This document shows, in pieces, positions 8,437 through 17,124 of a DNA stretch of 20,228 bases. Below the pieces are notes generated by a model, which made no database searches, had not been told where the DNA came from, and was given only the letters and a program-made list of their open reading frames with translations. Each line of letters starts with the position of its first letter. Position 1 is the first letter of the stretch. This DNA comes from Gemmatimonadota bacterium (GTDB lineage: Bacteria > Gemmatimonadota > Gemmatimonadetes > Gemmatimonadales > GWC2-71-9): the NCBI GenBank assembly GCA_039586365.1, contig JBDHKN010000080.1, forward strand, positions 1 through 20,228, in the 5' to 3' direction. A program made the translations under genes and the position numbers.

Positions 8437-9471
8437 ATGGTTGATCCCATTCTCGCGCTGACCGCGTTCACGACCGTAGTGGTGTTTCTGGTAGTCCTTT
8501 TCTGGCCTCGCCACGGACTTGCGTCGCGAATCGGGAGACTGCTGCGCATGACAGAACGGGTGCGGATGGAGGACGCTCTCAAGCATCTGTTCGACGGTGA
8601 GTATACCGGCAAGACCTGTAGCGTGGAGAGTCTGGCTGGAGCGCTTGAGATGTCTCGTGCCCGAGCAGCTCGGCTGGTCAACCAGCTTGAGGCGATGGAA
8701 CTCATACACTCCGATGGCAGAGGGCTACCGCTAACCAATGCTGGTCGCGAGTATGCTCTCCGTCTGCTGCGGACACACCGACTGTGGGAGCGTTACCTGG
8801 CCGACCGGACAAATGTCAAGCCGCTGGATTGGCACGATCAGGCAGAGCGGCAGGAACACGCTCTAGCCCCGGCAGAGACTGAAGAACTGGCCGCCCGAAT
8901 CGGACACCCGCTGTACGACCCTCATGGTGACCCGATCCCGACCGCAACTGGCGAGATGCCTCCTCAGTCCGGAGTCCCGCTCACCGCTCTGACACCCGGT
9001 CAGTCTGGAGCAGTCGTGCATTTGGAGGATGAGCCACGGGAGGTCTTTCAGAAGATCCTCGATGCTGGTCTGGTTCCGTTGATGCGTGTCCAAGTGATCG
9101 ATATGACACCTGAGACGATCCGGTTCACAGCCGACGGTGAAACATTGGAGCTCGAGCCGGTGGCGGCCACTAACGTCACGGTTGTGCCGCTGCCTCACGG
9201 CGAGGTTGGAGACGGCCCGTTCGACAATCTGACCTCGCTCAGGTCCGGTGAATCGGCGACAGTGGTGCAGATAGCTCCGACCTGCCAGGGCCTACATCGC
9301 CGCCGGCTGCTGGATCTCGGCTTCGTTCCGGGCACGCTCGTGACTGCAGAACTCGAGGGCACGTTGCGCGATCCTGTTGCATATCGGGTGCGAGGTGCCC
9401 TAATCGCCTTACGCAAACAGCAGGCTGAGTGGATCTACATCGACCGCAGTGACCTAGCGGTGCAGAGCTAA
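8437..9471 (+). CDS. DtxR/MntR-family metal-dependent regulator with an N-terminal TM helix and two FeoA domains
   Basis: From ATG8437: hydrophobic MVDPILALTAFTTVVVFLVVLFWP; wHTH (EDALKHL...LAGALEMS); HRLWERYL, HDQAERQEH and DPHGDPIP; FeoA-1 (ILDAGLVP); FeoA-2 (RRRLLDLGFVPGT...DPVAYRVRGALIALRKQQA). Confidence 0.9.
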   Translation: MVDPILALTAFTTVVVFLVVLFWPRHGLASRIGRLLRMTERVRMEDALKHLFDGEYTGKTCSVESLAGALEMSRARAARLVNQLEAMELIHSDGRGLPLTNAGREYALRLLRTHRLWERYLADRTNVKPLDWHDQAERQEHALAPAETEELAARIGHPLYDPHGDPIPTATGEMPPQSGVPLTALTPGQSGAVVHLEDEPREVFQKILDAGLVPLMRVQVIDMTPETIRFTADGETLELEPVAATNVTVVPLPHGEVGDGPFDNLTSLRSGESATVVQIAPTCQGLHRRRLLDLGFVPGTLVTAELEGTLRDPVAYRVRGALIALRKQQAEWIYIDRSDLAVQS

Positions 9472-9472
9472 C

Positions 9473-11722
9473 ATGGCGGCAAGCGTTTCCAGCGCCTGCG
9501 ACGGATGTTCAGTTGGTCGCGCTGCCAGCCTAGTGCAGCTTGGAGTGCAGCTCGACCGATGGGACTTCCTGGTGGCATTGGCCGGCAATCCCAATACGGG
9601 GAAGAGTACTGTCTTCAATGCGCTCACGGGTTTGCGTCAGCACACTGGAAACTGGCCGGGCAAGACGGTCGCGCGGGCGGAAGGAGGTTACCGCCACGCT
9701 GGCAAGAGGATCAAGTTAATCGACCTTCCCGGTACTTACTCGTTGAACGCCGGCAGCGCTGATGAAGAGGTAGCCAGGGATTTCATACTGTTCGGTAGAC
9801 CGGATGTCACAGTGGTAGTGGTCGACGCCACGCGTCTTGAGCGGAACCTCAATCTGGCAAATCAGATTCTGGAAATCACAGACCGGGTCGTGATCTGCCT
9901 AAACCTGATGGATGAGGCAAAACGACGGGGCATTGGTGTCGACGTCGTGAAGCTGTCACAACTGCTGGGAGTGCCAGTGGTTCCAACCGTGGCACGACGT
10001 GGCGAAGGCATCCCAGAACTACTCGATGCAATTCACGGGCTTGCGGCGGGCGATATCAAGCCCAGTCCGTATCGAATCGACCGCTACTCGCCGGAACTCG
10101 AGGTTGCCGTCCAACGATTGTCGCGAGGCATAGAGACGGTATTCGCCGAACTATCCAATTCACGGTGGGTTGCACTCCGCCTGCTGGCGGGGGACGGAAG
10201 TATCACAACGGCTGTCAGGACCGGTGAAATAGGAACCTTGCGTGAGAACGGCACCCAACACCCTGGGTCGAATGCGTCGGTGCCGTTTCGGGTCAGCGAT
10301 CGTAGCCGCTCGGACGAGTTGTTGGCGCTGGCTGAGGAATTGCGCTGGACGCTAAACCCAGATTTCGAGGATTCCCTGACTGAGAGTAGCTACGCGACTG
10401 CGCAGAGTGTCGCGCAAGCCAGCACGCTGAGAGGACTCAGGCGTACCGGTTTTGATCTAGACCGGTCGCTCGACCGCATGCTGACGAGCCGCTGGCTGGG
10501 ATTCCCCATCATGCTGGTTATACTCTCAGCGGTCTTTTGGCTGACTATAGCTGGCGCCAACATACCTTCGGGAGCGATAGCGGCGCTATTGCTCGATATG
10601 GGGCATCCAGCACTCAAAGGTCTGGCGGCTGGCATCGGAATGCCATGGTGGGTTTCTGGGATCCTCATAGACGGTGTGTACTTGGCCACTGCTTGGGTAG
10701 TCGCCGTGATGCTACCGCCGATGGCAATCTTCTTTCCTTTGTTCACGCTACTTGAGGATTTCGGCTACCTGCCCCGGGTAGCTTTCAACTTGGACAAGCT
10801 GTTCCAGAAGGCCGGGGCCCACGGTAAACAAGCGCTAACGATGTGTATGGGGTTCGGCTGCAACGCGGCAGGAGTAGTCTCAGCCCGCGTGATCGATAGC
10901 CCCCGAGAGCGGCTCATCGCCATCATCACAAACAACTTCTCGCTCTGTAACGGACGCTGGCCGACACAGATTCTCATCGCTAGCATCTTCATTGGAGCGT
11001 TGGCTCCAGCGCATATCGCCGGACTGGTTTCAGCTGCGGCTGTGGTAAGTGTGGCGGTCACAGGCATAGGGGCGATGCTGCTCGCGTCGTGGGCTCTTTC
11101 TCGCACCGTGCTGCGAGGAGAGGCCACGACATTTAGTCTTGAGCTGCCGCCCTACAGACCTCCTCGTATACTCCGAACTCTCTACACTTCGCTGATCGAT
11201 AGAACAGGCATAGTGCTCTGGCGCGCGATCATGTTTGCTGCTCCCGCAGGTGCCGTGATTTGGCTGCTGGCCAATCTGCATGTGGGTGCGCTGAGCATTG
11301 CGGAGCTCATGATTTCGTGGTTGCATCCGTTTGGACTCCTACTCGGTCTCAACGGTGTGATTCTGCTGGCCTACGTAGTGGCGATACCGGCGAACGAGAT
11401 CGTCATCCCGACTGTGCTGATGTTGACCGTGCTCACGCTCAAACTTGGGGGTGTGGGAGCGGGATCTGGGGTGATGTTCGAGCTGGAATCGACTTCGGCT
11501 ACCAGTGACTTGCTCCGTGCCGGTGGGTGGACGTTGCTGACAGGTATCAACCTCATGCTGTTCAGTCTGCTCCACAATCCTTGCTCCACTACTCTGTACA
11601 CCATCTACCGGGAAACGAGAAGTGCCAAGTGGACGACCCTGTCGGCAGCCCTTCCGTTAGTGATGGGCTTCACTGTCTGCTTCCTGATCGCACAAATCTG
11701 GCGGATCGCTGCGGGTTGGTGA
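9473..11722 (+). CDS. feoB: Ferrous iron (or manganese) transporter FeoB
   Basis: G1 GNPNTGKS, G2 NWPGKTV, G3 DLPGTYSL, G4 NLMD; LEDFGYLPR, GFGCNA, ELPPYR and PC gate motifs; starts 1 nt after the upstream stop. Confidence 0.96.
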   Translation: MAASVSSACDGCSVGRAASLVQLGVQLDRWDFLVALAGNPNTGKSTVFNALTGLRQHTGNWPGKTVARAEGGYRHAGKRIKLIDLPGTYSLNAGSADEEVARDFILFGRPDVTVVVVDATRLERNLNLANQILEITDRVVICLNLMDEAKRRGIGVDVVKLSQLLGVPVVPTVARRGEGIPELLDAIHGLAAGDIKPSPYRIDRYSPELEVAVQRLSRGIETVFAELSNSRWVALRLLAGDGSITTAVRTGEIGTLRENGTQHPGSNASVPFRVSDRSRSDELLALAEELRWTLNPDFEDSLTESSYATAQSVAQASTLRGLRRTGFDLDRSLDRMLTSRWLGFPIMLVILSAVFWLTIAGANIPSGAIAALLLDMGHPALKGLAAGIGMPWWVSGILIDGVYLATAWVVAVMLPPMAIFFPLFTLLEDFGYLPRVAFNLDKLFQKAGAHGKQALTMCMGFGCNAAGVVSARVIDSPRERLIAIITNNFSLCNGRWPTQILIASIFIGALAPAHIAGLVSAAAVVSVAVTGIGAMLLASWALSRTVLRGEATTFSLELPPYRPPRILRTLYTSLIDRTGIVLWRAIMFAAPAGAVIWLLANLHVGALSIAELMISWLHPFGLLLGLNGVILLAYVVAIPANEIVIPTVLMLTVLTLKLGGVGAGSGVMFELESTSATSDLLRAGGWTLLTGINLMLFSLLHNPCSTTLYTIYRETRSAKWTTLSAALPLVMGFTVCFLIAQIWRIAAGW

Positions 11723-11976
11723 GGTCGCAGGAGGAACCGCGCCTGCGCGGGGAGCGGCTTGCTAGCTCGCAACGACGCAGCCCAGGGACCATCCTCGGTG
11801 CCTACATCGCAACACTCAGCCTTGCAGCTACGACCAACTTCTGAGCGCCACGTCCCGGGTAGAGAAAGGCAGTGCCACGAGCAGAGCCGGGCATTACAGG
11901 CGGTAGCATGAGCTCCGGGCCGATCCGTCTGGCAGCCACAGCGAAATTGCTGGCTGTGCTGATTTGTATGGTAAGA

Positions 11977-12009
11977 CTGCGGCCCGACAGTCTGGCTGTA
12001 GGGCCGCAG
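11977..12009. terminator. GC-rich hairpin between the convergent feoB and cytochrome c genes
   Basis: CTGCGGCCC-G-ACAG-TCTGG-CTGT-A-GGGCCGCAG, 22 nt downstream of the cytochrome c stop; only a weak U tail. Confidence 0.5.
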
Positions 12010-12031
12010 GATGTCTGGATCTTGTGGGGGG

Positions 12032-12418
12032 TTACTGGTTCTTCTTGCTTAAGCTCCATACGTATGCCGCCACCGCCTTCACCTGCTCTTCGGAGAGGTT
12101 GGGCCCACCCTTCGGTGGCATTAGGGCCCCGCTTGCGGCCTGAGCGCCCCTGTTGATCGTATCGACGATGCTATCGTAGCTACCGTCGGCGTGAGTCCAT
12201 TCGTTGTCCGTCAGATTGGCCCCGAGGCTGGGAATCCCCTTGGCGTCCGGTCCGTGACAGGCAAAACAGGTGCCCGCGCCTTTGAAGATCGCTGCACCCT
12301 CAGAAATCATCTGTTCAGTCACACCTGCCGGGAGTTCGGACTGCTGTGCAACAGCGGCCGGGGTGAGGACAACAGTGGCGCAGGCTGCCAGCGCCAACCA
12401 CGAAGACAACTGCTTCAC
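12032..12418 (-). CDS. Periplasmic monoheme class I cytochrome c
   Basis: AAGGAGG SD before GTG12418; signal peptide ending AVA-QQ; CFACH heme motif; GANLTDNEW; distal Met in MPPKGG. Confidence 0.9.
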   Translation of the reverse strand: MKQLSSWLALAACATVVLTPAAVAQQSELPAGVTEQMISEGAAIFKGAGTCFACHGPDAKGIPSLGANLTDNEWTHADGSYDSIVDTINRGAQAASGALMPPKGGPNLSEEQVKAVAAYVWSLSKKNQ

Positions 12419-12551
12419 CAGATCCTCCTTACCAAGCAACAAGTTTTTGGGTCCGTGCCCAAGACTACCTATATCGTTCGCCTTGAACTTACCCTGAAGC
12501 AGAGAGTTGGTGCCACCCTTGGAGAGATAGAGTTGGACTCCAGTTGTGCCG

Positions 12552-13967
12552 CTAGCCGATCCCTCTGGCATCCCGGGGTCCGCTCGCTATCTGTGGGAAT
12601 CGCAAAGAGATACGCAACCCGCCGAGACTGCTGCGCGAGGCTTCGATCGAACCCTCATGAGCCTCCATAATTGCTGCGGAGATCGTCAATCCGAGCCCAG
12701 CACCAGCGGCCCGCGTTCGGGCAGCGTCGGTCTTGTACAGTCGCTCAAAAAGGTTTGGCAGAACCTCCTCGGGGATTCCGAGTCCGTCGTCATCAACGGT
12801 CAGATATATGCCTGTCGCATCGGTCGCCAGCGCAACGACCACACGGGTGCCAGGTGGCGTATGCTGAATCGCGTTGTCGAGAAGGTGGTCCAAAACAAGC
12901 TGGAGCATCTTGGCATCGGCCGCAATTGTCATCCCGTCATCTGCTGACGGCTCGACTGAAAGGGTCCTTCCCTCCGACCGTGGCCTGACACGCTTTACGG
13001 CGTCGGTTGCCAGTCCTAGCAGGTCCACTGGTGCAGGTGCAGGTCGCAGTTCGCCGGCCTCGATTCTCGCCAGCATCACGACACCTTCGCTGATGGTATG
13101 GAGATGTTCTACCTCCTCAAGGCAGCTTTCGAGGATTCGTCGGTACTCCTCTGGCGAGCGCTCGCTGCGAAGCGCAACTTCGATCTGACCCTGCACGGCG
13201 GTCAGCGGTGTTCTGAGGTCGTGTCCGAGATCAGCAATCATGCGACGTTGCTGGTCTAGCGCACCATCCAATCGTTCGAGCATCCCGTTCAGAACGGCAA
13301 CCAGCCCCCTGAACTCAGCTACATCAGCATGCGCAGTTATCCTGTTACCAACAGTGCCGGGAGTGACTGATTGCGCTTGCGCGGTGATAGTTGCCACGGG
13401 AGACACCGCCGAACCTGCCAGCCAACCGGCTCCGATGATTGTTGCTGCCGTGCCGAGCACCACTGTGGCCGCCATGAGGAAGAAGATGCTGCGCTCAAAC
13501 TCTGCCAGCGGCTCAAGTGAAGCCGTCACCTGAAAAACGGACGCACCTGGAATGCTCCCTTCCGGTACCTTGGCGTAGAGTGATCTGATACGGTGGTTGC
13601 CCCATTGTTGGGTCACGAATGTGCGACTTCCGGACCGCGCTCTGGCAACACTTGCCAGATCAACCGGGATCTCATGGGAAAATGGAGTGTTCGCCAGGAG
13701 AACCACACCCAAAGAATCCCGCACGGTGACGAAACGATTGACCTGTCGTACGAATGCGTCCATATCATTGGAGTTGGACTGGAATGCAATAGGGAGTCTG
13801 GCTGCCAGTGCAGCTGCCTCGAGCTGCACTGCTGATGTCAGTGATTCGTCAAGTTGCCGACTGAGACTGAAGTGCGTGCCGAGAAAAGCCCAGAGTGAGA
13901 TGAGCAGCAAAGCCAGAAACATTGTGAGGGAGAACCGCACCGCGAGGGTGCGGCGTAAAGACTGCAT
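12552..13967 (-). CDS. Membrane sensor histidine kinase (2TM-HAMP-HisKA-HATPase, CusS/CzcS-like)
   Basis: Two TM segments, HAMP, H-box GHDLRTPLT, N-box LLDNAIQHT, DDGLGI, FERLY, GAGLGL; TAATG overlap with the regulator gene. Confidence 0.93.
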   Translation of the reverse strand: MQSLRRTLAVRFSLTMFLALLLISLWAFLGTHFSLSRQLDESLTSAVQLEAAALAARLPIAFQSNSNDMDAFVRQVNRFVTVRDSLGVVLLANTPFSHEIPVDLASVARARSGSRTFVTQQWGNHRIRSLYAKVPEGSIPGASVFQVTASLEPLAEFERSIFFLMAATVVLGTAATIIGAGWLAGSAVSPVATITAQAQSVTPGTVGNRITAHADVAEFRGLVAVLNGMLERLDGALDQQRRMIADLGHDLRTPLTAVQGQIEVALRSERSPEEYRRILESCLEEVEHLHTISEGVVMLARIEAGELRPAPAPVDLLGLATDAVKRVRPRSEGRTLSVEPSADDGMTIAADAKMLQLVLDHLLDNAIQHTPPGTRVVVALATDATGIYLTVDDDGLGIPEEVLPNLFERLYKTDAARTRAAGAGLGLTISAAIMEAHEGSIEASRSSLGGLRISLRFPQIASGPRDARGIG

Positions 13968-14650
13968 TACTCCTCAGCGTCTTCGGCCTTGAGACAGAAA
14001 CCCACCCCACGGACGGTCCTTATCAGATCATCACAGCCCGCTTCCCTGAGCTTGCGCCGAAGGTTGCCGACGTGGACGTCCACTACGTTGCTCTCTGGGT
14101 CGAAGTGCATGTCCCAAACCTTCTCCAACAATTCCGTCCGCCGTACGACTTCTTCGGGGTGTAGCATGAAATGCTCTAGTAGTTGGAACTCACGCGGAGT
14201 CAGGTCCAGAACCATCCCGCTTGCCCGGGCCTGATGCTTCATTCGGTTCATTTCCAGCGAAGAATATGTCAGGCGTTCCAGTCGTGTCGATCCGCCACGC
14301 CGGATTAGAGCCCGGAGCCGAGCGAGTAGTTCGTCGAACCTAAACGGCTTCGCCAGATAGTCATCGGCGCCAGCGTCGAGTCCCCGCACCACGTCCTCCG
14401 TAGTGTCCCGTGCGGTCAGCATGAGTATGGGCGTTTTTCGACCTTCTCGACGTAGTTCTGCCGCCACCTGGAGGCCGTTCTTTCTGGGGAGCATGATGTC
14501 GAGCAGAATCGCGTCATATTCATTGACGTGTGCCAGGGTCGTTGCCTCCTCACCATCCCGGGCGACATCTACTGCGTAGCCTTCTTCCCGCAAGCCCATC
14601 TGGATGAAGCCAGCAACTTTCCTATCGTCTTCGACTACCAATACCCGCAT
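13967..14650 (-). CDS. OmpR/PhoB-family response regulator (CusR/CopR-like)
   Basis: MRVLVVEDD, LLDIMLP, LTARD, GADDYLAKPF, LTPREFQLL, SNVVDVHV, TVRGVG. Confidence 0.95.
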   Translation of the reverse strand: MRVLVVEDDRKVAGFIQMGLREEGYAVDVARDGEEATTLAHVNEYDAILLDIMLPRKNGLQVAAELRREGRKTPILMLTARDTTEDVVRGLDAGADDYLAKPFRFDELLARLRALIRRGGSTRLERLTYSSLEMNRMKHQARASGMVLDLTPREFQLLEHFMLHPEEVVRRTELLEKVWDMHFDPESNVVDVHVGNLRRKLREAGCDDLIRTVRGVGFCLKAEDAEE

Positions 14651-14675
14651 GGATGGAACCCTACCCAGCATCCGG

Positions 14676-14701
14676 TGAGACTCAGTTGAAACGTCTGTGA
14701 A
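14676..14701 (-). promoter_or_regulatory. Three YTCA half-sites phased at 11 bp, a candidate OmpR-family binding site
   Basis: Minus strand TTCA-cagacgt-TTCA-actgagt-CTCA, 12 nt upstream of a -10-like TAGGGT and the response regulator ATG. Confidence 0.4.
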
Positions 14702-14708
14702 GTCGTCT

Positions 14709-15950
14709 TCATGAACTCTCGGTGTACCGTGGGAGCTTGAGAGTGAATCTTGCGCCCTGACCGAGTTGACTCTGTACGGTTAGATCTCCACCGAGAAGAC
14801 GGGCAAGCTGCCGGGACAGTGCAAGCCCAAGTCCAGTGCCGCGCTCCCTCCGATTGCTACCGCTCTCGAATGCTTCGAATATCGTCGCCTGTTCCTCAGC
14901 AGCTATCCCTTCGCCACGGTCCACGACGTCCAACTGCATGGACTCATCGGTCGCCCGCACGCTCAAAGCTATCCCCTCGGTTTCGGGACTGTGGCGCACG
15001 GCGTTCGTGAGAAGATTGATGAGTATCTGCCGAACACGCTGCGGGTCAGTGTGGCACTCGACGGGTTCCGATACCCCCTTTATGCTGATCTGTACGCCCT
15101 TCCGTTCCGCGGCAGGCTCAACCGACCTGACGGCGTCTCGCACAACTTCTAGTAGATCGGCACTCTGTATCAGAGGGTGAAGCTTGTCCGCATCGAGCCG
15201 ACTCAGCTGAAGTAGATCTTCCAGGAGACCAAGTGTTTGTTCGGCCGACTCGCGGACTTCCACAGCCGCCCGGGGTGGGTTGTGGCCGGCTTTGCGTACC
15301 AGTAGATCGGCCCAACCGTATACAGCAGTGAGTGCGTTGCGCAGCTCGTGGTTGATCATCGCATAGAAGCGGTCGCGCGACTGCTGCATGCTCTTGAGTT
15401 CCCGTAGGAGACCCGCCTCTTGCTCGTAGCGCCGAGCGTTCTCCACGGCCACCGCTGCATGGCCGGCCAACAGTACTACAACCGCCTCATCTTCCTCACT
15501 AAACTCAGTGGCTCCGATCTTCTCGCTCAGATAGAGATTCCCAAGCGGCACCTCTCGACCGAGAATTGGAACTCCTAGGAACGATTTCATGCCGGGATGG
15601 TTGGCAGGAAATCCGAAAGCCTCAGGGTGCTTAGAAAGGTCTGCGACCCTCACGGGCCGGGGGTCTTGAACGAGCAAACCCAGAAGGCCCTTGCCCTGCG
15701 GCAGCTCCCCAATCCTGCTGTGCTCTTCCGCAGGAATGCCACTTGTTACGAACCTCTCCAGGCCCTTGCCACCCCGGTCGATTATTCCAAGAGCCGCGTA
15801 CCGTGCTCCAATCACGTCTCGCGCCGAATCAGCAACTTCCTGCAGCACGCGATGAAGTTCGTGCTGGGCAGTGATGCGGATTGCTGCGCGGGACAATTTC
15901 TCGATCCGAGACCAGATCCTCTCTGGCTCGGGTGTGGTCCGTAGCACCAT
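14709..15950 (-). CDS. Cytoplasmic GAF-domain sensor histidine kinase (DosS/DosT-like GAF plus HisKA)
   Basis: ARYAALG, PQGKGLLG, HPEAFGFPANHPGMKSFLGVPI, GNLYLSEK; H-box NHELRNAL; NLLTNAVRHS; DRGEGI; GTGLGL; no TM. Start at ATG15950 or TTG15959. Confidence 0.9.
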   Translation of the reverse strand: MVLRTTPEPERIWSRIEKLSRAAIRITAQHELHRVLQEVADSARDVIGARYAALGIIDRGGKGLERFVTSGIPAEEHSRIGELPQGKGLLGLLVQDPRPVRVADLSKHPEAFGFPANHPGMKSFLGVPILGREVPLGNLYLSEKIGATEFSEEDEAVVVLLAGHAAVAVENARRYEQEAGLLRELKSMQQSRDRFYAMINHELRNALTAVYGWADLLVRKAGHNPPRAAVEVRESAEQTLGLLEDLLQLSRLDADKLHPLIQSADLLEVVRDAVRSVEPAAERKGVQISIKGVSEPVECHTDPQRVRQILINLLTNAVRHSPETEGIALSVRATDESMQLDVVDRGEGIAAEEQATIFEAFESGSNRRERGTGLGLALSRQLARLLGGDLTVQSQLGQGARFTLKLPRYTESS

Positions 15951-16045
15951 ACGGGCCAAACCTACACCACCGCAACCTGCAGTACCAGGTGCAGCCCGCT
16001 AGCTGGTTACCTGTGCCTGTGTACGGATTAGACTATGTGACGGTC

Positions 16046-16939
16046 CTAGCCGGCGAGGTTGGGAGCTAGGTTGGGGTCGGCTACTGGCACCACGAGAGTC
16101 GATGTTGGTAAATGATTGAGGATTCTCTCCGTGGTGCTTCCTACGAGCAGGCGATCCACCCATCCCTTGCCGTGAGATCCCACGACCAGCACATCGGCTT
16201 TCCACTCCTCGACCTCCTTTGCCAGGGCGTCATCCGATGCACCACGCCGCAGGACCTTCTCAGCTTGAGCTTCTCCCGGCAGCTGAGCTACCGCCTCCTC
16301 GAACTGCTCCTCTGAGAGACGGTAGTAGGCGTCCTGATCCAAGGCTATGGGGAGTGCGGCTATCAGAGGAAGTGGCTCTACCACGTGCAGGATCCTGGTC
16401 TGCGCACCGAACAATAGAGCGAAATTGATCGCCTCAGTGATGGTGGGACTGGTAGCATAGGATATGTCAACCGCCACCAGCACACGGTTCACGGCGACGC
16501 TTTCCATGCGCGATACGAACACGGGCACCTTGGATGTGCGGACAACGCTGTGAACGGTGCTGCCACCTGTCCACCGGGTGAAAGCTGGGTGGTGCTTTGC
16601 GCCGAGGACGACAAGTCCAGCTTCCCGCTCCGCTACAACCTCTCGTATGAGTACAGCGGCCCTGCCCAATCGAACTAACAAATTGGTGATCGCGTCCGCG
16701 GGAAGCGTTGGCGAGAGTACCTCGGTGAGCCGGTCGTGCGCGGTTTGCAGTACCGCCCGGTTCATGCTGCCGACGTCGATCGGAATGTCGGTGCCGCCTG
16801 AGGCCATCCAGAACTCTCGCGCGGCATGGACGAGATGGCACGGGATTCCAGCCCTGTCAGCAATCTCGCAGGCCAGGCGAGCAGAGTGCAGGCCTTCGGG
16901 ACTGTCATCCACACCGGCCACTACGGATTTCCACTGCAT
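16046..16939 (-). CDS. Tandem-domain universal stress protein
   Basis: Two USP domains: VVAGVDDS...LVVLG...GSTVHSVV...PVFV and VLVAVDIS...LVVGSHGKG...LVGSTTERIL...TLVV. Confidence 0.92.
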   Translation of the reverse strand: MQWKSVVAGVDDSPEGLHSARLACEIADRAGIPCHLVHAAREFWMASGGTDIPIDVGSMNRAVLQTAHDRLTEVLSPTLPADAITNLLVRLGRAAVLIREVVAEREAGLVVLGAKHHPAFTRWTGGSTVHSVVRTSKVPVFVSRMESVAVNRVLVAVDISYATSPTITEAINFALLFGAQTRILHVVEPLPLIAALPIALDQDAYYRLSEEQFEEAVAQLPGEAQAEKVLRRGASDDALAKEVEEWKADVLVVGSHGKGWVDRLLVGSTTERILNHLPTSTLVVPVADPNLAPNLAG

Positions 16940-17027
16940 CGTACACCACGTGGCTGGAGGTTGTGAAACATGCAGCGTGTCGGGAATCGACCGTGAGCTT
17001 AACTCTGATACCCCTGGTCCTCAAGAG

Positions 17028-17058
17028 CTGACAGTGGTGCCTAGGCACGCACTGTCAG
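17028..17058. terminator. Strong hairpin between the OMP and USP genes
   Basis: CTGACAGTG-GTGC-CTAG-GCAC-G-CACTGTCAG (13 bp with one bulge); no clear U tract. Confidence 0.4.
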
Positions 17059-17124
17059 ATAGTTGCTACGAGTCCCTCGGGAAGAAGCGGTCGCCAGCTA
17101 CACCGGTTGGGCAAGGAAACGGAC

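Noticed and set aside
12419..12571. N-terminal extension of cytochrome c overlapping the kinase gene
   Set aside because: The SD and signal peptide indicate GTG12418.
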